Below, piece by piece: positions 53,251 to 64,000 of a stretch of DNA of 64,000 bases. A model generated the notes under the pieces. The model saw only the letters and a program-made list of their open reading frames with translations, ran no database searches and had not been told where the DNA came from. Both the position numbers and the translations under genes were made by a program. This stretch comes from Adineta vaga (taxonomy: Eukaryota > Animalia > Rotifera). Location: positions 17,608,001-17,672,000 of the forward strand of contig CP075493.1 in the NCBI GenBank assembly GCA_021613535.1, given 5' to 3'. Within the stretch, counting starts at the first letter, position 1; each line of letters opens with the position of its first letter.

Positions 53251-55461
53251 GGGAAATAGATATTTTGAGAGCCGGTTGATTGTTGGATTTTTAATGTAAC
53301 TTCATATATTCATTTATTCCAGAATAAAAGATATTTTTATGATAAAGGTACATTTCGACAAACGAGTCAAACGTTATTGCGCTTGTCAAAACATTGAGCT
53401 CTAGTAAAAGTAAACGATGCAATTGTGTTTAGTTGCTACAAATGACCCTTTGTCAAAATAGTGTAGTGCCACAGATTGTGTTCATAGGTACGATGACTCA
53501 CTTCACACCCACACCCATACTCAAATTGTCGCATTTTGCAATCTCGATTTTAAATATTCATAAATTATATATTTTTTCAGCTTCTAATATGAAACATACG
53601 ATATAAGGGAAACAAGACTAATCAAATGATAAAAAATAAAATATGAATAAAATCATGAGATATTTTCAATGTGTATCAAAAGTTTTCATTAATTCTTTAT
53701 TCTTTTCTGGAAAGAAAGGACGAAATCTTCCATAATATAAACATGCAAGATAAGGAACGACACGCGTCATTTTAATTTCATAATAGCACTTCGTATGTTC
53801 ATTTGAACGAGACGGCGGTTTACACAACATTGGGAGTTTCTGGAGTTAACGCTGATTTCATATATGCATGATGGTTCGGAAGATCATCTAATCAAAATAG
53901 AAAGAAAACCATTTTTATGATTCTTTAGTAATAAATATATACAGATCTGATAACCTGATATTTTTATCGAATTAAATTTGATAACATCTCGATCAGTTAC
54001 ATTGATTGACATAATATGTTCATCTTGAGTATTTTTAATAGTGATTATCAAAATGTCTAAGGATTCATTGATAATATATGAATGTAGATTTTATTGAAGC
54101 TCACAACTATTATTTGAAAACTAATTAAAAGATTTGTACGTGTTCAAGAATGTTCTCACTTCATACATAGATTATAAATATTGTTATTATTCATATAAAC
54201 AATTAAAATATTAATATTAGTTAATAGAATCAATTCTTAAAATTTATTTTATGTAAAAAAAGTAAAATTGCTTTTTAAATCATACTTGAACATCTCTATA
54301 TGTGCATTATAAGTTGAGTAAATGATACTGAAATGTGAATGAGAAGCTTTGAAAGCCTTTTACGTTCAGTTCATTGATTCAGATATATTGAATAATACCT
54401 CAGTCGATAGAGCTAGTTGAGATGCATCGAAATAAATGATTTTTCATGAGTTACTGATTAAGAGAACGAAGAATTTTAGAAAATATGATTTTTATGAAAT
54501 TATTTCCACGGGGAAGAAAGATATCTTGATGACTGTAGAACAAGGTGAGAAGTTGTTACAAGATGTAACCATACTTTATAATAGAGCTGATTGAGTTCTA
54601 CCTGATACACAACAAAGGACAGGTGGCACATCTTTTCAGGTGAATCTGTTTAAGAAAAATTCGAATCCGCTGCTAACTTCATCTATATTGTAGAACTGAT
54701 TATTCAATCGATGACACTATATCAGTTGGAAATAATAATTTTTAAAGAGATGCTTGGTTTATTTTGATATTAAAAAGAAGAAACAAAAAAAAAATATCTA
54801 CAACCAAGTTTATCTCAAACGAAGGCAGATTTTGTCTCTATCACATTTTTACTTTCATAAATATTGATCCAATTTCTTATTTTGTTGCTGTTCTTTCTTG
54901 CATTTCATTTGATAAATACAAAAATTTCGAGTGTTGTGTTTCGTATCAAAGCTATTCTGTCAATATTACTAGTATAATCTTAATCTATGAACAAACTGCT
55001 CCAAATATTGTAAAATAAGATCTCAAGATAAGCTTATTCGTGATATATATTTATATATGAACTAAGTCAAATAAAAGTATTCTGACACGTAAATTTTAGT
55101 TATTTCTGCCAGAGTTAGTGATGCCATGTGTCAATATATCGAATTTAAATCGATGGGTACAATCAATTGAAAATAAAGTTCGATAAATATAATGACGAAG
55201 TTATTGCAACATCATCATTATATTAACGCAATGAATATTCATGAATAACTTCAAATAGTATACGAATATATTGTTTCGCGTATGTATAAGACATCTATTT
55301 TTATTGTTCTCAATGTTCATTTATATATATATAATTTTTCATAGAATCACATATTTCTATAGAGAAAATACAATGAATTTTAACGATATACTTTTCAAGA
55401 AAAATATTTTAGATATACCCATCGTGTTTAGAAAAAGAAAACAAACAATCTTTTTTTTCTA

Positions 55462-56844
55462 ATGTTTATATCAATATCATCCAAAATATATAGTAAATCA
55501 TGGATTTTAATGGTCATGTGCTTACATCACACTACAGGTATGACTTTTCAATCCAGATTATTCAAAGACAAGATCAATTACTTTACATATCCTATTTTTT
55601 TTTAGGCCTTTGGTATAATCGACCTCAGTTTAGTTCATGTGCATCGTGGAATTCAAACGGTATTACCTTCGCAAATGAATCTACATTTGGTCGCTTTCCT
55701 CATGGACTGTTTGTCGACATAAATAACACCGTCTACGCAGGTAGCTGGTTCAACAGTATTGTTAAAGTATGGTATAACGGAAGCTCAACTTCTGTGAGAA
55801 CTATCACAAATGGTATTCATTACCCTTATGGTCTGTTTGCATCGAAAGATGGTGATATTTATATTGATAATGGTGCTCGAAATAGTCAAGTCGACAAATG
55901 GACATCAAATGCAACATATGGTGTACGTGTGATGAATATTAGTAATCCATGCTGGGGTCTTTTTATTGACACAAATAATTCGCTGTATTGTTCCTTGGAT
56001 CGATTACATATGGTAATTAAAGTTGATCTAAACAAAAATTCTATGATACCAATCACAGTTGCTGGAAATGGTTCTGCTGGATCGACGTCATTACTGCTTA
56101 ATGATCCAAATGGAATCTTTGTTGATACAGAGTTCACTCTATATGTGGCAGAATGTGGTAACAATCGAATTCAACGCTTTAGTCTTGGTGATCCGAATGG
56201 AACAACCGTAGTAGGAAATACTATACCCGGAACTATTTCACTCAAATGTCCAACTAGTATTATAATCGATGGTAATGGATTTCTATTTATCATGGATAGT
56301 CGTAACCATCGTATTGTTGCACAGAATTCTCTTGGATTTCGATGTATAGCTGGATGCTCAGGTACCAGTGGATCAGCATCAAATCAATTCAATCATGCTC
56401 AATATATAGCATTTGATAATTATGGTAATCTATTTGTAACTGATAAAAACAATCATCGAATTCAAAAGTTCATTCTAACATCCAATACTTGTAGTAAGTC
56501 AATATTCATATTAGCTTGAAAAATCAAAAGCATAGTTTTATCTTTTCAAATGACTTTCGTTTTGATTTACAAAAGTTATTTTTAATGAACTGATTACTAC
56601 TACTAACATTCTATATTCTTCTAATCACAAGAAATCTATCTCAAATTTACATTAAACATATCTTTTCTTTCTAGCAACAATAACAACATCAGTGATGACA
56701 ACATCAGCAATGATAACATCACCAATAACAACATCAACAGTAACAGACAGTGCCTCTACTAAAATGGACATCAGTATACTCAATTTCATATATTATTATC
56801 TCAGTGTTTTAATAATTTTCGAGAGACTTGAATCATTTTTTTAA
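55462..56844 (+). CDS. Secreted NHL-repeat beta-propeller with Thr-rich stalk and hydrophobic C-terminus (GPI-like); exons 55462-55537, 55606-56493, 56675-56844
   Basis: Repeats P.GLFVD.NNTVY, PNGIFVD...LYVAE.GNNRIQ, IAFDNYGNLFVTD.NNHRIQKF; phase-1 GT-AG introns. Confidence 0.85.
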
Positions 56845-58089
56845 CACCTATATGTGTAGTTAGACAACAAAATTTGTCTATTTTATTATTGTTCTGAATG
56901 ATTTTATTTTCTGACTGTTGATATTTAATTAAATGTTTCTCTTTTTTTTCATTTCTTTCTCTGTATATTTCAAGTGAATGTTATGAAAATCATCATTGTA
57001 ATGTGGTAACTTCTATACGCTTCAAGAATAAGGTAACCAAAGTAATCGTTGATGTGAATGGTTTTCATCTTTTTTATTGAATCAAAGTTTTATTTACAAG
57101 AATATTTTTTGAATGGTAACAATAAAACTGCTTTATTCATCGAAAGAACGCAAAACATTTTTATTCTGCGAAAAAAAAACAGTCATTCTTTACTTTTAAA
57201 GTTTCTTGCATAGCTATGTATTTATTATGTTTTATCTATTATTCTCAATATATTATGCAGTTTGGCTTGTTCTACAATCCGATACTTATACAAATGTCTA
57301 TGTCGTGTGAATACATCATGGAGCTGAAGGATGCTATCAACAAAAGTCGACAATGACTATAGTTATAATTGTGAAAAATGATATATCACAGAAAGATCAA
57401 TGATACTGATCAATAATATTCATCTGTATTCTATGTCAAAACATAAATATACTTGTACAACGTCAGAATAAGAAGTTTTTCCTTGTTTATTTATTTCATA
57501 ATAAAAGCAATGTCCTATAATGCTAATTAAGCATTACAATTGTGTGAAGATTTTATTTTCCCCGCGTTGATTTCGTTTTCGCTGAAGAGATTCTTGTACA
57601 ATCTAGAGGGTGAAGGTGTTGTATAGTTGTAAATCAGTGTTACCTACCCCCTCGCGATCTCCCACTGTACTTAAGAAATTATTATGGAAAGTTTGGCTAT
57701 GTTAGCTATATTCCAGGGACTAAATGCATAGGGAATAGACAAATATCATTCTTTATATACAGACGATAGATGACTGACAATATAGTCTCACTAATATTTC
57801 GCACTTCTTGATTGAAACAATAGTAACAGAATTTTTTAATATTCGACATGATAGATTCTTATGTTGAACGACACGTACAAAATGATTGACAGACGATTTA
57901 ATATACGAGATGTCCTTCGACTTGTCAGTGATGTAGAACGTATTGTGCATCAATATGGAGAATGTGACAGATTTTTTCTTCCTGTATAATATAATATATA
58001 CTCGTTGAGTATTAGCGTCATATATAGTTCCAGGCATTAGTATGGCTTGATAAAGATACCGGTTAGTTCATCTAATAAATTTAACATAT

Positions 58090-61000
58090 ATGCATGATTT
58101 TAACGTAAGAAAAACGATGTTGTTCATTACTGTCTTTTTTCATTGTTTCTTCGTTTTGTGTAATTGTCATATACTTCTTTATGATACAGAAGATAACATT
58201 TCGTTACCGGAAAACTTTGACTGCATTTATATACGTGACAATGTGAATAGTAAGTATGGTGAAAGTAGTGCTGGAATAATTCCATATTGTCGACGACCAG
58301 ATACTACCGAAAATGTTATGATAAATCTGAGAAAGTGTGAAAATGACGGAGAAATAAAGTATTTTATTGATCTATTAAAAGACAATATACAACCGTTTAC
58401 AGTACTCGAATGGAGTACTAGTATTGTTATGACTGAACAATATGCTGCATTTTATTACAAGAATGACTCAAAGACGGAATTAAACGGGGAGAAAACTTTC
58501 CTTTGTCATTGTGTTCATTCGAGTACATTCGGAAGATATTGTGAATATCAGCTAACTCATGGAGCCAATTCGTTCGAAGCATCTCAAAATTTACAAGCAA
58601 TGAACAGATTTCAATTTGAAAATCATCAACTTTTCGGTAATATTGTATGCTACAAAACATTATCATGCAATTCAAGTCTTCTCTGCCTTGATTGGTGAAA
58701 TATTTGTGATGGTGAGCAACAGTGTATCGATGGATGGGATGAAGAAAATTGTGATAAACTTGAGTTTAATGAATGTGAAGATGATGAATATCGATGTAAT
58801 AATGGTATGTGTATACCTGAAGAATATTGGTTGGATGGTAAGGATACATATGGAATTTGAAAATAAAAAAATAGATCATTTGTTTATTTCTCGAACATAG
58901 GAGATAGAGATTGTATGGATTGGAGTGATGAAATATTTCCTGACGACTCAGATTCATGGTGTTTTCGGACAACATCAACTATAGATTGTGATGAACATAT
59001 ATGTGGTTATCTTTATTGGTCATGTGGAGATGGACAATGTATTAGATGGCATGAAAGAATAATTTTTCAAAATATCATAATACCAGAAGTAGCCTGTGAT
59101 AATTTACGTAATCTGAATTATATGTGTGAATTGTCTTTAAAATTTCGAGCATGGACACTTCCAAATGGTTTATGTTGGCTTTCTCAGGATCGTTACGATG
59201 ATCCTCAACTAAATATGAATAATACTATGCTTAAAAATAAAGAAAAATATATCTATTTGATTCGATGTATTTTTTCTGATGGTTTAGGAGTTGATTGTCC
59301 ATGCAACGCAGTTCAAATTGTTCGCGTCTCATATCGATTAATTGTCCAAATAAGTACTATGCATATTCTTCTGGTCCAATAATTCTACCGTATAGTCAAA
59401 CATGCTATGAAAGTGCTCATTCTTTTCAAAATAAAATGCTATCATTGATTCTGCTTGGAGACGTGAAATGTCGAGGATTTCATGGTTCTCTTAGAACGGC
59501 GACAAAGCTTAAGCTACAGCAATGGCATCTAGTATTTTATCGTTGGGCTTTTTTAATATGTACAAATAATGTGACCATTCGAAATGATAGTTCATTTAGG
59601 AAATATGACAAACATTGTTGGACAAATTCTACGACATTTAATGGTCGTCGTTATGCATTTTATGATGTATGTAATAGATCACATCAATGTATTTCACAAT
59701 ATCGAATCAATGATGGATGAGTAGACTGTGTTAGTTATGAAGATGAAAATATTTTTGATAATAAAATAGATCATTGTGATGGAGTACGACAACATCGATT
59801 TCGATGTTCGAATGAACAACTAAAATGTTTACATACATCAACATTAGGAGATCGAATGAGTCGTTGTTCAAATAATTATGATAAATATTTATATGGTAAT
59901 CGAGTATTACTTCGAGAAATATCTTGTCGAATATCTGATCTTTCGAATTGTCAACTTATTAAAAAACACTTTAAAAACTCTCCATTTATCTATAATTCGA
60001 CATTAAATGAATCTATGATTAATCACACTACATCACAACAACCAATAAGTCGCATATCATTTCGAAAATATTGTGATACATCATGGAATCTACCCAAAAC
60101 ATATTGATGAATCATCTCAATATTGTCAATCATGGATATGTCATCAAGATCAATATCAATGTCAAACAGGAGAATGTATTCCATTAGAATGGTTATGTGA
60201 TAAACAATGGGATTGTAGTGATGCATCCGATGAAGAAGCCTTACTTTTTATTAATATATGGTCTTTTCATAATAAAAATCTCAAAGGTTTAAATGAAAGT
60301 CAAACAAAATGTTTACAATATTATTCAAATCTTTCATTTTCAAATTTTTGTGTAGAAAAAAACGAATTTCCATGTTTACGTTCGAATGTATCTGATCCTC
60401 TTAATTTCACAAAAAATCCTCCATGTATATCATATAAAAAAATTGGTGATGATATTGATGATTGTTACAATGCCTATGATGAGAAGAATACATTCGAGAA
60501 TACTAATGGCAATATGTAGGGTTTTGCTCTTCGATGTTCTAATATGATTTACAATTATATGACAGGATGTCTAGAAGCTACTGATAAATGTGCTCGAATA
60601 TGATGTCCACATCGATATTATCAATATACAAAAAATTTGACACGTCATGATGCAATTTGTATAAATGATAATCGTATTGTGATTGGTGGACGTTGTAATA
60701 AAATACGTCAATGTTCATATGGTGAAGATGAGTATTAGTGTCCATCAGATATTCCAACTAAACAATTGATTTATCGTTTTCATAAACTTACTATCGAAGA
60801 TCATCATCCAATATTACAAAATTTAACATATCCAACAATATCAATTATAAGTCAAACTAAATTATTATCATCGAATTCTAATTTAATGATCAAAGTATCA
60901 CTACAGAATTCAAATATATCGTATTCATTTTGGTGTAATAAAGGAGTAATTGTATTTCGATAAAATAATGTGACATGTTTTTGTCCACCATCGTATTTTG

Positions 61001-63148
61001 GTGATAAATGTCAATTGTTTAGTGATCGAATTAGTATTGTTACTCTTCTTGATCTTGATACATGATCATTATCTTCAATAAGAAATTTTATTTTATCAGA
61101 AAATATTTCAATTTTATTAAAAATTCAAGTTAATCTTCTTTTTAATGAAAGTCTCATTGATCATTATGAATTTCATTTAAATCCATTTTCAAATCAATTA
61201 TTATTACATAAAAAATCTCGTTTTTTTAATCGAACAGATATTGAAATAAATCATCCTTATTCAATTCATTTTAATATTTATATTTTATCAAATATTTATC
61301 AGCTTCCAAAACTTTTAGGTTCATGGCGTTATCCAATTTATTTTGATTTTCTACCATCATTTCGTTTTGTTAAAATACTTCGTTTTCCAACATGATTAGA
61401 AAATCATACATATCATATAAATTCACAATGTTATCCTATTTTTAATGAAAATCAATCTTATTTTTGTTTATGTCAACATGGTTTTTATGGAAAAGATTGT
61501 TTAAAATATAATAATAAATATAATACATATTGTTCATTAAATTCAATTTGTCAAATCATATCATCAGAATATAATTTAAACTTTTTCTCTTTGTTCATTT
61601 GGATATTTTGGTTCGAGATGTTATTTAAAATTTGAACAATGTAATTCAAATCCTTGTTTAAATAATGGAACATATATTTATACTTATCAATCATATATAA
61701 ATGAATCATTCTATTATAAATGTTCGATATTTTTCTCTGGTAATCGTTGTCAAAATAGTAAGACAACTATACAAATTCAATTAGATTCTACAAGTCTCAT
61801 TAAAATAGTTCGAGGTAGTACAATACAATTTTATGATATAAATCTAAAATAATTTCAATTTATTCTTCGACAACAACAAATTACTTTTGATTATTCATTA
61901 TTAATATATTATTCAACAAATGAAATAACTGTTCCAACTATATGTACTTTAAAAACCTATTACAATTCATTTCAATTCAATTATTATATTATTTATCTTA
62001 AAATGAATGTATCATCTTTAAATATATCTTCTTCACCTAAACAATGTCCATTTGCTTTATTATTATTAATAAAAAGTAAATTGAAAAGAATATCTTTATT
62101 ATTATTTATTAATTTTATTTAGATAATTCGAAAAAGATTCCAAATGTTTTTCAATATCATAAAATTTGTCAAAAGAATCTTGAACTTTATTGTTTCTATG
62201 ATAATGATTATCTTTGTATTTGTCAAGAAAATCATTATCGTGTTGATTGTTTTATTCATAATATTAATATCGATCAATGTAATAAATATTTATCTAATGG
62301 AAAATGTCTTCAAGATGATGATATTATTAAAGATAAAAATGAATTTATTTGTCTTTGTCCATCATGTTATCAAGGTTATTTATGTGAATTGAATATGTAT
62401 GCATTTAGTTTAACTTTTGATTCAATTCTTATTGATATAATTAAAGAAATCAAAATTATTTATTGTTTTTTTATTTTTCTTTTATTTATTATTGGTTTTT
62501 TTAATAATCTTTGTTCTTTTATTACATTTCGACGATCAATACCTCGAAAATTTCGTGTAGGAAATTATTTATTAATAATAACTTGTCTTGATCAAATATC
62601 TTTATTTTATTTATTACTTAAATTTCTACAAATAACATTTAATATTACAAATATAAATTCATGTAAAATTATTTCTTCTCTTTTTTCTGTATTTACAAGA
62701 TTAACATATTGATTAACAAGTTGGGTTAGTGTTGATCGACTTCTTCTCACTTTTTTTTCAACTTCAAGATTATCTTTTACCATTTTTTATTTAAATAATA
62801 TCGATAAGTTTATTAATTATTTCTATTTCACGAAATCAATCAAAGATAACAAAAGATAAAATAACTTTTCATTAAATATTACTAAAACAATTTTATATAC
62901 AAAAAGAACTTTATATTGTACCAATAATTCTTATATTATCTTCATTACCTTAAATAATTGTTTCATTTAGTTTAGTTTGTATACAATTAACAATTTGACA
63001 TCGTCATATATTGATTGTTACTCTTTTACTTTCATATATTCCACAAATTCTTGGTTTTCTTCTTTATGTATTATCATCAACTAATTATAAGAAAGAATTC
63101 AGAAGAACATCACTTGCACAAACATTGTTTCGACGATTTTTTCACTAA
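58090..63148 (+). pseudogene. Decayed LDLa/EGF-repeat class A GPCR (GRL101-like bdelloid type)
   Basis: Signal peptide; LDLa repeats (CLDW*NICDG..C.DGWDE.NC; [24 protein letters not shown]); EGF-like CFCPPSYFGDKCQ; 7TM start IIGFFNNLCSFITF..VGNYLL..SVDRL. Many in-frame stops and frameshifts. Confidence 0.85.
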
Positions 63149-63648
63149 AAATGTACACAACTATTATTTCAAAGATATCATAATAATATATTGAAGAATT
63201 TTATGATCATAAAATAGAATTGTAAAAAATTCTTGTGTCTAACATTTTCTCTATTAATAAAAATATTTAAATCTCTTAAAAGAATAATTTATCTCTATTG
63301 TATTTTTAATTTAAACATTTGATAATCTTTATTGTTATTGGAGAAATGACAAATTCTATTGTATTCAAAAAATAATCATAACTTTAATTTTGATTTTCGA
63401 ATATTTTATAATGGAAGTTCTATCATCTTGAGAATGTGGGTGGGTGGGTTCGGGTATCTTCAACTGCAACGAGTACCCAGTTTGTTTTTCTCTTCTCTGA
63501 TTTAAAATAGACGAGAAAAAAGTCTTTTCTTTTTAAGTGTACTACTTAATTGATCCCTAGATTACAATCAAAATAATAATCATAAATATCAAATGAATAT
63601 ATAAAACTATTAAGAACCGTTCGAGGATTAGAGACGGTACTATAAAAT

Positions 63649-63702
63649 AGGGTGTGTGTGGGTGTGGGTCTCTCTCCTATATATTCAAATCCACACACTC
63701 TT
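63649..63702. repeat. Telomere-like hairpin element (related partial copies at ~57605-57665 and ~63428-63479)
   Basis: agggtgtgtgtgggtgtgggt - spacer - atccacacactctt. Confidence 0.6.
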
Positions 63703-64000
63703 ATTAAAAGATTTTTATAAATTGAGAAAGAAACATAGAAGTGAAATAATTTCGTTTTTTACCAAGATAATCATATTAATACAAAAAATAATGTTAATAT
63801 TTGATTTGTATTAAATTTCTTAATATTGTGAAATATTGTAATTTAATATATGTTTTATTTTACAATCGTTTTCATCAAATATTGAAAGCATAATGAGATG
63901 AAAAAAAAACTAATCTTAGATAAGAATTTTAATTTATAAATTCGATTTCTAAGATAAAATAGACAGTTATTTTTTATTCTATTCTCCTTATCGCACACAT

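Larger units (their letters stand above)
48929..53517. repeat. ~1 kb inverted duplication (about 48929-49935 vs 52513-53517) around a 2.6 kb unique spacer
   Basis: Identical ORF translations on opposite strands; introns and 3' flank shared with only a few substitutions. Confidence 0.95.

Noticed and set aside
58090-63148. Alternative genetic code (TGA=Trp) or selenoprotein
   Set aside because: Stops include TAG and TAA as well as TGA, frameshifts and a deletion co-occur, and neighbouring genes use TGG normally.

Overview
AT-rich eukaryotic DNA with short introns (mostly about 55-70 nt). The gene families (F-box/LRR, NHL, LDLa-GPCR, DUF4419, Hog) and the TGTGGG/TGAGGG motifs point to a bdelloid rotifer; this is inference. 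Bases 1-43075 are a near-identical tandem array of a ~14.9 kb unit (partial unit <1-13248, then 13249-28176 and 28177-43075). Each unit carries DUF4419, egghead-type beta-1,4-mannosyltransferase, a U-box + tyrosine-kinase-type gene followed by TM and discoidin-like exons, an F-box protein and several nested non-autonomous DNA transposons. Most copy-specific frameshifts are single-base indels and may be read errors. The unique right part holds a tRNA-derived SINE with a 10-bp TSD, a secreted protein, a long-TIR MITE, a VWA5A-like gene, an NHL-repeat protein and a decayed LDLa/EGF-GPCR. It also holds a divergent pair of Hog (Hint+SRR) genes sharing a ~1 kb inverted repeat but with unrelated N-terminal peptides. 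The most striking pattern is a dispersed family of short hairpins built from telomere-like (GGGTGT/GGGTGA) arms. The same motif sits exactly at the tandem-array junctions and at the outer ends of the Hog inverted duplication. All coordinates were read by eye; no searches were run.
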